64,000 nt of DNA, from positions 150,722,001 through 150,786,000 of the forward strand of contig NC_042997.1 in the NCBI RefSeq assembly GCF_006345805.1, read 5' to 3'. Both the position numbers and the translations under genes were made by a program. Numbering within the stretch: position 1 is the stretch's first letter; each line of letters opens with the position of its first letter. Origin of the DNA: Octopus sinensis (lineage: Eukaryota). The notes beneath the pieces are model-generated. The model saw nothing but the letters and a program-made list of their open reading frames with translations, was not told the origin of the DNA and searched no databases. Shown here one piece after another: positions 51,119 through 62,999 of this stretch.

Positions 51119-51682
51119 TGTAGCAAGCGGATTATAAGTGGATAAATCAGTGTATTGGCTTTAGAATAACCCTCTTTAGCCCTTAATTATATGATGTTTA
51201 TACTTCAACCGTAACGGTTTTTTTAAATATACTGCCCACGCTTCCTGATGGATTCCTTTTCTGTAGAGAAAGGGACTTCATCCTATATTGCTAGTAGTAA
51301 ACTCGCTGCTTGCTACGGGAGGACCGGTAACCATTACAATTTGTAGCGGCGAAAGGTCAAGACGTTGTTTCTGAAGCTGACCAAAGAATTTTTATTTTTA
51401 GATATAAATGATGTACTCAAGTGTAGTGATGTTTTTATCTTGTGCTTTTTCCATGATCATACGTGAGTATTTTATTTATATCCCATTGAAAGCTCTACTG
51501 AAGAAAGAATATATATTTTTTATAAGATTAATTCCGAAATTGATTCAATATAGAGATAATGAAATTTAAACTTTCTAAAGGTTAGTTGCCCGTTTTCAGT
51601 TTCAATTCTCCTGTAGCAAGCGGATTATAAGTGGATAAATCGGTGTATTGGCTTTAGAATAACCTTCTTTAGCCCTTAATTA

Positions 51683-51690
<8 letters not shown>
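51119..51690 (+). mobile_element. Non-coding ribozyme-bearing element: 493-nt unit plus 79-nt terminal redundancy (retrozyme or mini-PLE-like)
   Basis: Direct repeats at 51119-51197 and 51612-51690 (77/79 identical), (TA)n on both sides, no ORF, internal type-I HHR. Confidence 0.7.
51493..51555 (+). ncRNA. Type-I hammerhead ribozyme with one helix II mismatch
   Basis: CTCTA-CTGAAGA-A-AGAAT..ATTCC-GAAA-TTG(ATT)CAA-TA-TAGAG. Helix I CTCTA/TAGAG, helix III ATTG/CAAT, AUA triplet, predicted cleavage after 51550. Confidence 0.7.
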
Positions 51691-51736
<46 letters not shown>

Positions 51737-52018
51737 TATATATACATGCGATTTAGAAATGTTACTGGCTATATTAAGTATTACATTGAGATTTTTTTAT
51801 TCATCCTGTATACATTCTATTTCCTCTCATACGTTTCCTTTTATTTCTGTGTAACCAACCATTCCTGGAATCATTTTCTAGCTTTCTTATTTCTGCTTTT
51901 GACCCATATCGTGACTGAAAATGAGGATGTGAACAGCTATGGACAGGTAAGGGTGAGCTTCGACTGATTTTATATCGTATATTGTATATCCTTTCGTGCC
52001 GTTGTGAAATTGCTGGAT

Positions 52019-52050
<32 letters not shown>

Positions 52051-52051
52051 G

Positions 52052-52096
<45 letters not shown>

Positions 52097-52100
52097 TATA

Positions 52101-52147
<47 letters not shown>

Positions 52148-52333
52148 AATTAGTAAATAAATGGCACAACAAAGTACCGATATTTACTGGAAATAGCGAA
52201 CGTAAAAATACGACGCTAAAGTGTAGCTTCACCGCGTATGTATTAGTAAAAATGCGTGTGTGCAACAAAATAGAGGAAAAAAAACCGTCTTACCTCCAGG
52301 GAGAACATCTGAATGATGAAACACCCGGAAAAT

Positions 52334-52420
52334 GGATAATGTGGTACCTGCAGGTTTCAGGTTTTGCAAGATATGTCTCTCACCCATATTTGCTTTACCT
52401 TCTTCAGCCAAACATATACC
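52334..52420 (-). ncRNA. Type-I hammerhead ribozyme, apparently intact, with extended helix II
   Basis: Minus strand TGG-CTGAAGA-AGGT-AAA-GCAA-ATATG(GGTGAGAGA)CATAT-C-TTGC-AAA-ACCT-GAAA-CCTGCAGG-TA-CCA. All core residues are present and the triplet is GUA. Confidence 0.85.
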
Positions 52421-53167
52421 AAGACGAAACTACGATGTTACCACATAAATACTAACACACTCGACTGAAATACGGAACGCTAACATATCTTAATCCAGCG
52501 CTCACACAAGCACAAGCACACAGTCACAAAAGCACAAACACACTCATACACACTACACACACACACACATATATATATGTATATGTATATAGGTACACTG
52601 CGAATTATTCCGTTAATGGGAATGAACTTCCATTAAAGTAAGTTACACAATGTATTAGAGGGAAATTAGAATAATATATTTAATTTGACGTGAGATAGGA
52701 ATAGCTTCGTACAAATTCTTGGCTAATTCATTAGATAATAAAACATCAGTGATGATTTTTTCTTTTGTATATTTTTATCCAATGACTCTGGAAAGTCTGG
52801 TTGAATTTTATTTTGGGGCGTCTCAAAGTAGTTATTTAAGGGCTTCGTGTAAAGACTAATTAGCGTGCAATTCATTAATTATCCCAAAATTCTATATCTC
52901 TCTCACCTTACCTACTTTTTCACCACACCTCGCATGCATGTTTTATGCCTACTAGGGATCATAGCGACATCTATATGTGTATCTCATTAAAACAGAATTT
53001 CCCACGCCCATACATGCCAGACAATACCGTCTGTCCAGCTCCATTTGTGCGCAAATATGTATAGCTGAGTAATAACCACGTTTTTGTTTTCATCGCAACA
53101 ACTTTCTCCATGAATGTAATGGAACTGATCGCGTAAAAGTTATTTTACATTACATAAATTATATAAG

Positions 53168-53199
<32 letters not shown>

Positions 53200-53298
53200 A
53201 AGAGATGGAAGGATGAATGAATGGATAGATAGATTGAAAGATGTACAGCGAAAGAGATAAATATGCATATATATGTACACACACATATATATCATTAT

Positions 53299-53347
<49 letters not shown>

Positions 53348-53380
53348 TATATATGTATGTATGTATACATATACATACAT

Positions 53381-54150
53381 ACAGGCAGCGATGGGTAAAT
53401 TGTCGCCATTTGGTACTTTTATTTTCGCGCAAGTGAGTTGTAATATTTTTCATTTGTCGACTATATTCAACACACAAATGTAAGCTGGGCTTTGTTTATA
53501 AGAAAAACTGCACCATGACGTTGTTCACTCTCCCAGAAATTTGTTAACGACATGCTGTACTACTTGGCATTTGCGCTGGAAGCTCCAAAACGAACATTTC
53601 AGAGTGTTTAGGTGTCAATCTGACGACAATGTAACATGAGGATGTGTATCGAGAGTGATAAGTATCAAACAGCCAATCAACATCATGGTGTTTGTAGTTT
53701 TCACTAGCGATGGTGACATTATGCCTCCATTCATCATCCCACACGGCCTCAGATGCACCACGGAGGCCTACATAATGTGCCTGGATCGGGTAGTGCTGTC
53801 CTGAATCAAGAAGATGGCTGCTAGAAGACCAGGTCATGGTTGTCAGGCAATTTCTGCGACCACACTACCCCTATCATCAGGCGACCTAACTCGCCAAAGT
53901 ACAACCGACTTGATTATTTAGTGTGCGGTGCAGTTGAGCGAGAGGCCAACAAAAATTCCTTGTAACACCAAAGATGAACTGAAGGCAAAGAAACCTTCCA
54001 GAAACCCCCAGAAGAATTGCAGGAGATTCCGAATTTGTCTAGAAGGTGTGGTTCAAGCCAACGGGCGAGTTTATTGAATAAATTTAGTCTTTAGTATTTT
54101 AAGATATTCATAGGGAATTTTCGTAAATATATCTGTTAAAATGTTATTTT
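53381..54150 (+). mobile_element. maT/DD37D-type transposon, internally deleted
   Basis: IMVFVVFTSDGDIMPPFIIPHGLRCTTEAYIMCLDRVVL, PNSPKYNRLDYLVCGAVER and CNTKDELKA..CRRFRICLEGVVQANG. TIR-like start ACAGGCAGCGATGGGTAAATTGTCGCCAT. Confidence 0.85.
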
Positions 54151-54181
54151 CATTTCATATACATATATATATATATATAGC

Positions 54182-54220
<39 letters not shown>

Positions 54221-54361
54221 CATATATATATATACATATATATATTATAGTTTTCAGATGGCCAGATAAGCGAAGAGATGGTGTTGTGGATTTCCATCTC
54301 GGCATTCGTAACACAGATTTTTATCTTGGCTATTGAATAATTGTCACATATTATTTTACAG

Positions 54362-54406
<45 letters not shown>

Positions 54407-54611
54407 TACCTACATATAATGTATATATATACATGTATATATGTGTTGGGGACATCAAAGAAACGTTGAACATGATGAGAAACGAGACATACAACATAAA
54501 GAATATACCCCTTCTTTAGTTGTCCCTGTTTCATATTCTCTGCATTTCGAAGGTAAGGACAAGACGCGAATTCGTTGAAACAGTCTTTCCGCAAAGCAAA
54601 TTAAATTAGAT

Positions 54612-54673
<62 letters not shown>

Positions 54674-55024
54674 CATATATATATATATACATAAATAAAT
54701 TTAAATAACAAGGCTAAAAAATTGAATATTAATTTGATTAATATCAATTTAAATCAGTGGCCTAGCATATTAAAAAATTCTGAAGATTCAGAAAGATTAT
54801 ATTGCATGCATATAAGAGGGATGACCACTAATTGGCTAATTGGACATGCTATGATGTTGACCCCATATGCTCTGATCACTAAGAAAATATTGTTCTCCAC
54901 AAAATTCAGCAAACGCCAGAACGTAAGCGAGCAAGTCAAATGAAAAGATACACATTGTAATGATTAGTCACATACCCAATTTCATTGTTACCACTTACAT
55001 ATTTACTTACGTAAATGTCCGCAA

Positions 55025-55326
55025 TTCATCAGTATGACCGTCATAGCAAAATATAATTTGCAGAACTATGCACGGAATGTCCACACGAGATTGAACATGC
55101 GTATAGTTTTGCCAATTATATTTGGGGGTATATTTAAAAAACTGGAAATAATATAATTGTCTACAGTGAATCCTACCGGTTAGAGAGCATGGTTATTTAA
55201 AGTTAAATAATACGGGTAAAAACATCGAATACTGTTTTGATTAACTATATACATGTTCAATCTCGGGTGGACGTTTCGTGTATAGTTCTGCATTTTATAA
55301 TTTGCTGGACGGCCACACTGCTGAGG
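55025..55326. mobile_element. Fold-back MITE-like element with ~85-bp imperfect TIRs
   Basis: Perfect core GAGATTGAACATG (55087-55099) / CATGTTCAATCTC (55252-55264), extending outward through GTCCAC and GCAGAACTAT matches. Confidence 0.75.
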
Positions 55327-55419
55327 GTAAAAAAATTGAATATTAATCACTACTCAAATGTTCAAGTTACGTGTCCACAAACAGTTATCAGTGAAATCTC
55401 CGTTATATATACCGCACCG

Positions 55420-55483
<64 letters not shown>

Positions 55484-57928
55484 CACACACACACACACAC
55501 ACACACATACACAGATATGCATATATCATATTATATTTTATTATATAATTTTGTCTCGTCATTTTTTCCCAAAATTATTGTGAACATTCTTACGCAGAAT
55601 ATCCAATCTGTCAAACTCATTAATATCTGTTGTACTTAGTTTTATCATTAAAACTTTTGGGAAATAATCCTGAACTCGCAAACATTATTTCTTTCATTTC
55701 TCTTTTGTTTTTGTAAAACTGATAGATGATGTTTCCTGACCTACATACTATTTCTCGAGTGTTTGTCTTTGTACTAATGTAAGACACAATTCTTTCACCG
55801 TTTGATAAATGATGAATCAGTTTCTTTTAAATGCGATTTGTTTCCTCGGAATTACACTAATAAGAAGCTTAAAGTAATTTTTGTATTCCAGACGTTTTTG
55901 CAAGAATACGTTCTTATTCTTATTTTAAGTGAGATGGGTTCGTTTTTGTTGATTAAACATCTCAGGTATGACGACCAGTTATATATTTTAAAGAATTAAA
56001 AGAAAAAATGTCACTGCATGTGGATTTAGCAGCAAAATCAATTCCTAAATTAAGAGATCCGAGGGAAAGGATGAAAGGCTAAAGTGACCTCGGTGGGATA
56101 CAGTAAAGAACTAGAGTAACAGAACCATATGCTTTGGAAGACGTGGCGGTGTTTTGCCGACACACTGCCCTAATACATCTCTTGTTAGCACGCTGTCTAG
56201 ACTTCGGAAGAACAGTGTTTATAAGAGAAAAGTATCTGCATCGAATATGCTGTACAGTGAGTTCCTGTAGGACGGATGCAATATGTTAGCAAAATAGCGG
56301 CAGCAAGTCTGTACATAAAATATAGTGTAAGAAACTGAAATGATGAAAAGATCTGATATAGCCTACAGGTTTAAAGGACGCCCTCTCTTCCCATGCAAAT
56401 GATAATATTTGTGCAAAAGTATATTTCCAGTTGACAGTATAATGGGGACGTAATTATATGCAGTAATTGCAAACATTGCCAAGTAAAAGAGATATAAGAC
56501 AAAGCACCGACTCACCGTAAATAACAAAAAGATCTTGGGCATATGCTTTAGTAAGTGACAAAGCTACTATAACAGCTGTCACAATGTCATTCCCTCTTAC
56601 TAACAATACAGCAGTTTATCTACTTACCAAGCATTAGAAAGCATTTCTAACGCATGCTAACATTGACATCACCGCCATATCACCAACTTACACTCACTAA
56701 CTACTTCTGTTCCATCAACCGTTAAGAAATAATTATATATCTATCACATATCCTATTATATCGTTAAGCAAGATCTGTCTCATTTGTTTCAATAACCTTC
56801 TGACGAACTTATATCAACCTCCTCTTCCCCTCTCTAACTTCCTCTTTCTCCCTCTCTCACTGTTTCTTTTTATCTCTGTATCAAATAGTGCAGTATCTAT
56901 ACTTAATGACTCGTGGCAGATCGTAAACTTTCCTGATAGCATCGTCACCGCTCACACCCATGTCATTGTCATCATAATCGTCTATCGGCATATCGTCCCA
57001 ATCATTGGCGACAGCTGCATCGACACCATCATTTTCCACCTGTTCCTCCTCCATCCTCTCTTCAATTTTGTGGTCATAGTGGTCGTCATCATTATCATCA
57101 TCACCAGCAGCAACATCATCACCACCTCGATTGTATACGCCATTATAGATACAATATTTTACATTCACACATACAACCAGGAAGCATAAATGCATACACA
57201 CACAAACACAATGACATCGTACAAGTTCACTCATTCATATCGTAGGTATTAATAATGCATGCATATAATATTAATATTATTTTGGTATGCCTGAATGAAC
57301 GATATAAGTGTGTGTGTGTGTGTGTGTGTGTGTTCGTGTGGATGTGGGGATGTGCGTAAACATGTATATATGTACCCATGCGTACGTATATATATGTTGG
57401 TGTGTGTTTATAGATGTAAATTGATATTCTATTTTACTTGTATCAATCATTAGATTGCAGCCATCCTGGGGAACCGTCTTCAAAGGTTTAGTTTGAAAAA
57501 TCGAACGTAGTACTTACTTCCTTTTAACCTTATTTTAAACTGATTCTATTTGTTCATTTAGGCGAAACGCTAAGTTACGATGACGTAAATGAACGAAAAA
57601 ATCGTTGTCAAGTGGCGTTGTGTGTGTGTGTGTCTTACATACGTTTACCGGAATCGTATTGAATATGCATATAAAGGCCCTTATTCTTTTATACGGGCTA
57701 CAGCCTAAGGAAGACAACTGGCGATACAAGCTTTTTGGGGTCACATCGAGCTGTACCGAGATAATGTAGGATGAATATAATAATAATCATTGGCTGGAAT
57801 TTATAACTATTTTAATGAATCTTCTATTGAATACGGATTATGATCTTAAGAAACATACGATTTGTCATATATTTACATAACTTTAAATTTGTTTATATTT
57901 ACATGAATATAAATATATGCCCGGCCAT

Positions 57929-58043
57929 ACTGTGACCAATGGTTTCGTATACATAAAGCACTTAGTTGTATAAACTAAGATCCCAATAACCAGTTTTTGA
58001 TTTAGAAAAACAAGGCATGCTTTATAAACTTCTCTAGACTCGT
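57929..58043 (-). ncRNA. Decayed type-I hammerhead candidate with branched helix II
   Basis: Minus strand ACGAGT-CTAGAGA-A-GTTTATAAAGCA..TGCTTTATGTATAC-GAAA-CC(ATT)GG-TC-ACAGT. The core has a GA>AG change. Confidence 0.45.
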
Positions 58044-58353
58044 GACTCTAAATGATACAGGTCTGTGTGTGTCCTTGCATGTACATATGTATGTATAATT
58101 AAGTGTATATATATATATATATATATGTTACTTTGAAAGATGCAAAATCATTTCAAAGAATAGTTATTCAGTGTCTCACCTTCCTGTTCGTCGGAGAGTT
58201 TTGATTACAAATTTAATCACGAACAGGAACGTGAAACATCGAGAAACAGTTTTTTTTATGTTTTGTAGCTTTAATAAAAAAAAAGATATATTACCCTACC
58301 TTCAGTATTCGACTACTAGTTTTTCCACCTTGCTTTGCATTTATGTGCTTACT

Positions 58354-58470
<117 letters not shown>

Positions 58471-58528
58471 TGATAAACATGGTAAGAAAACAAAAGAATG
58501 AAAGAGACTTCGATATTATGTAATATAC

Positions 58529-58821
58529 ATCTGTAAATGTAATATGTGACATTTATTCGGGAGCCATGAAAAAACTCCGAGGTTCCACCTCGACATCCGT
58601 AACTCGGAGTTTTATCATGTAGTTGTGTCGCAATACTACACAGTGGCTGTGCGATCTACGAAATCCTCGTCGCCACTGTTATGTCGCACGTTCGGTGGAC
58701 CTCTACTCAACTTCACTCTGCTCCCTCTATATCTACGTATTGGGCTAGTCTAATTCATTCACTGGGGGCGTCGACACAGCACATGGCTACCGAATAATTG
58801 TCACATATTACATTTACAGAT
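58529..58821. mobile_element. MITE with 40-bp TIRs next to (TA)n
   Basis: TIR ATCTGTAAATGTAATATGTGACA(T/A)TTATTCGG(G/T)AGCCATG, 38/40 match. A related single end lies at 54325-54365. Confidence 0.85.
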
Positions 58822-58825
58822 ATAT

Positions 58826-58888
<63 letters not shown>

Positions 58889-58893
58889 TATAT

Positions 58894-58926
<33 letters not shown>

Positions 58927-59691
58927 ATATATATATTTATGTATGCATGTATTTATATATATGTATATATATGTGTGTGTGTGTGTCTGTGTGTGTGTGT
59001 GAGTGCGCGTGTATAGAAATATCAATATTACTATTAGTACTACATTTTTAGTTATTACTGTAGAACACTATTTTTTAGGGGAAAATATTTTGGAAAGGTA
59101 TCACTAACTGTATTAATTTCTCGATATACTGAAAATGCTGATATACGACACGTAACCTTCATTTCATTATGCATTAATTGCTGATATTTGTCAATGTAAC
59201 AAAGGACACTTTTCGCATATGTATTAGATTTTTTTCTTTTCCTTTTCCTTTTTATTTCATTACCTTATTTAATCTATTAAACAGTAAGTGTATTAATGAA
59301 AAGTGAACTGCTGAAAAAAAGGACAACTATGATAAGAGAAATAGCAAAAAGAGAAAAAATAAAGGAAACCATGGCGAAGAAAGACAAATTGAATATATAA
59401 TGGCTGACAACAATAATCGTTTTATAAGCTATGTATATATACAGGAGAAAATTGAGCAATACAGGGAGCGAGTGATATGTGTGTATGTGTGCGTGTGTAT
59501 CTGTGTGTTTGTGAGTGTGTGAGCGTGTGAGTGCAGAAGTGTACGCATACACATAATTATTTATTTATGTGTGCAATTATGTATTCATGATAGTATGTAT
59601 TGATATATCTATATACTTAAGTACATAGGTATATATCTATCTCTTAATCTCTCCCCGCTCTCTCTCTCTCTTTATATATATATACATATAT

Positions 59692-59767
<76 letters not shown>

Positions 59768-60559
59768 TGATGCACACACATATATATACATATATGTACA
59801 TGCACTCATAAAAAGCTATATCTGTAAATCTAACTATCGATGTGTGCATATATATATATATATAGTATGCGTGTGTATGTGTGTATGTATGTATGCATAC
59901 ATGTATATTATGCATGCACTTACACGTCTGTGTGTGTGTCTGTGTCTATGAGAGAGTACAAGGGAAATTGGAAGGGAGTGCGAGAAATTTGCTGTGAGAG
60001 CAAAATGAATATGATTGAGGGAACGAAAGGTAATGTGAGTGATAAAAATGAAGATAAATATAATGAGTGAGAGAGATAAATGCTTGGAAATCAACAACGG
60101 TAATCAGTTGGAGCAATATGAAAAAAAATATATAGGAGAAAGAGAGAACTGAATGTAAAGATAAGAGAACGTGAGGGAGATGACAAGAGAAAGAGAGAGA
60201 GAGACAGAGAGAGAGAGAGAATATGAGAGAGAATGAAATATGTAAAAAAGAATTGAAGGGAAATGGAGTGAGTGAAAGATACTGAAGGAGCAACAATGAT
60301 AATGAGTCCGAACATTTAAAAGAAGATAAAGCTGAAGTCAACCATGAAACAAAACTAAAATTGCTTACTGAAAGCATCGAAGCAGCAAAATACTAAAAAA
60401 AAAAAAAAAAATCAAATAAAAAAAAGGAAAAAAGCGAAGAAAAGAAAGAAAGAAAAGAGAAAACTTATAATTAGTTTGTCGATATAACTCTAGTAACAAG
60501 AGAACATTGTTAGAGTTAACAGCAAGAACAATCAGGATATCAGTAACCATTATATTATT

Positions 60560-60811
60560 TTCGTCATCATGGACTCCGTCGTCGTCGTTGTCGTCATTAT
60601 CATCATCATCATCATCATAGTATTCATCATCTTCATCATTACCAATATCACGTTCAACATCATTACCTGCATATTTAACGTTGTTATCGCTGTCCTCATC
60701 ACTGACCTCCTACTCCGTCTCCACTTCCCCTTCTCTCTCGTTTTGCTCTTCCTCCTCCTCCTTATCGTAAACATCATTCTAATCGTCATTGTTGCAATCG
60801 TAATTTCAATC

Positions 60812-60892
<81 letters not shown>

Positions 60893-60950
60893 GTCGTCAT
60901 CATCATCATCATCATCATCATCGTCGTCGTCATCATCATCATCATCACTT
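60560..60950. repeat. (CAT)n and degenerate (CAT/CGT)n array
   Basis: Direct reading; accounts for the poly-I/M/D ORFs. Confidence 0.9.
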
Positions 60951-61199
60951 GCATACGTACATAAAAAAATTTGTAGCCTTATGCGTACCGTGGAGTTCAT
61001 TTACTCGACTTCCTTGCCGTGTAAGTATCTAGTCCGGAAAAGTGAATGGCAAAATCGATTTTGGGAGGGTTTTTTTTTATTGATAATGTAAAGTAAAATT
61101 GTAATGTATTTTATTCGGTGTTCTGCCAATAACGTTATTAAGTAACCCGCTGTTACTAGTAACAAACCTATTAATTTTCTTCTTCTTACAACTAATGCA

Positions 61200-61344
61200 A
61201 CTGCTACCGAACCTTTACTACTACTACCAATATTACTACCAATACTACCACTACTACTGCTACTGCTGATAGTCCTCCTCCTCCTACTACTACTACTACC
61301 TGTATTATTGCTGCGGGTAATACTGCTAATGCAATTGCTGTTGG

Positions 61345-61389
<45 letters not shown>

Positions 61390-61525
61390 TACTACTACTA
61401 CTACTAATAATAATAATAATAATACTACCACTACTACTACTACTATAAGTAATGATAAGAACAATAATAGTGGTGGCGGTGGTGGTGGTGATGATGATGA
61501 TGATGATGATGAGGATGCTGATGAT
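61200..61525. repeat. (CTA)n/(TAA)n/(GGT)n/(GAT)n trinucleotide mosaic
   Basis: Direct reading. Confidence 0.9.
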
Positions 61526-61769
61526 GGTGAGGACTCTTCCATCGAAGACGACGCATGTCTGTTTTGCCGAACGAGCAACACAAATCATTTGCTTATAGTG
61601 ATCAAATGTCTGCACCATACTTTAGCTCGCTCACTCCCTCCATCAAATCGACGATAACTGAACAGGTGCACAGAGCAACATAAAATTGAGTGTTTTGCTC
61701 AAGAACCCAGCGCACCACAAAGACTATGAAGCGAAGCCATGGCTTCGTGATTGTGATTTCAAAGATGAA

Positions 61770-62530
61770 AGGAAGAACAACAGAGAAAATGGAACTACAT
61801 GTTCGATTCATGCAAGTAACCGATAAGTAATGATCGCTAGCATTGGCTGATGGATGGAAACTTGAAACGAGAGACAGAAACGTTTATTATAGCCGCTTAG
61901 GAACAAGCACTTAGAACAAATTTGATAACGGCAAAGTCAACAAAACTCAGACAGCGAATGTCGAATCAGCAGGAAAGGAAAGGAGAGTATGAATCACATT
62001 TTAAGTGAGTGCAGTATATTAGAGCAAAAGGAATATAAGCTCAGCCATGAATGTGTAAGCAAATGAACGAGTTGGAATATTAGCTGAGAGTGTAGCTTCA
62101 AAGCAATAAAAAAGCAGAATGTGATAGAACATGAGAAATACAAGATTGTCTGGGACGTCACCATAATGGTGGACCATATATCTGAGACTAAACGACTAAT
62201 CATGATTAAAGAGGACAAAGTATACAAACAGCGTTAGATAATAAATTTTGCAATTCCCTACGATACCGGCGCTGATACCAAATAAATTGCAAAGCAAAGA
62301 AAAAAATAAAGAAATCAGAAATATCAGAATCTAGCCAGAGAGTTGGGAAGATTGTGGAAGATCAAGACAACTGTTATTCCTGTAGTAATTGTTGTTCTTC
62401 ACACATCTATTAAAATACCGCTTAAAAACTGAAAGAAATTGGAACTCGAACTCGTTTTTTTTGTTGATCTGCAGAATAGTACCGTCATATGTTCTGAAAT
62501 AATTCACAGAAAGTTTCTCGAGATATGTGG
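61770..62530 (+). mobile_element. R4/Dong-type LINE 3' remnant
   Basis: NHILSECSILEQKEYKLSH, KYKIVWDVTI, IINFAIPYD and KYQNLARELGRLWKIKTTVIPVVI. Confidence 0.75.
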
Positions 62531-62634
62531 AGACTTGTTCTCGCCAAATCTCAAAATAAAATAACCGCCAACTAAAACAGAGTGAACTAGCGAAATGATA
62601 AGGATCCTTTCTACTATAGGCACAAGCCCTGAAA

Positions 62635-62815
62635 TTTGACCAAATGAGGCAAGTTGATTTCTTGAACCCCGCTGCTCGACTGGTACTTATTTCAGCGACA
62701 GCAAAAAGATGAAGGAGAAAGTCGATTTGGTGGTATTTAATCTCAAGGTATACAGACGAACTAAATGTCGCTAGGTATTGTCCTGTGTGCTAACAATTCT
62801 GCCGACACATCGCCT
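62635..62815 (-). mobile_element. SINE family A, diverged
   Basis: CTGGTACTTATTTC..AAAGATGAAGGAGAAAGTCGAT..GCTAACAATTCTGCC. Confidence 0.65.
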
Positions 62816-62817
62816 AA

Positions 62818-62855
62818 ATAAAATAATAATAATAGTAATAGTATTAATAATAATG

Positions 62856-62903
<48 letters not shown>

Positions 62904-62980
62904 TAATAATAATAATAATAATAATAATGATGATAATAATAATAATAATGATGATAATGATGATGACGACGATAATATGA
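62818..62980. repeat. (TAA)n/(TGA)n array
   Basis: Direct reading. Confidence 0.9.
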
Positions 62981-62999
62981 AGCATATTACTTCCCTTGT

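Noticed and set aside
51120-51360. HDV-like ribozyme fold (P1 GTAGCAA/TTGCTAC, L3-like AACTCGC, GG, P4 hairpin, GCGAA)
   Set aside because: No P2 pairing could be formed, L3 lacks the U/C residues, and J1.1/4 is too long. The complementarity is better explained by the unit's internal pairing.
51880-52455. Apparent small exons (..NSYGQ|GTAAGG; CAG|GEHLNDETPGKW; CAG|PNIYQDE..*) in the 157-aa ORF
   Set aside because: The ORF runs through (TA)n, and the 'exons' overlap the antisense of the hammerhead, which explains that sequence.
56881-57234. Acidic 117-aa ORF (DDVAAGDDDNDD..)
   Set aside because: The antisense of a degenerate (CAT)n low-complexity tract.
58177-58233. 11-bp inverted repeat TTCCTGTTCGT/ACGAACAGGAA with an inner hairpin
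   Set aside because: An isolated short hairpin with no family or ribozyme core; compatible with chance or a decayed MITE.
60550-61618. Long poly-M/I/D/S/V ORFs
   Set aside because: Translations of trinucleotide microsatellites.
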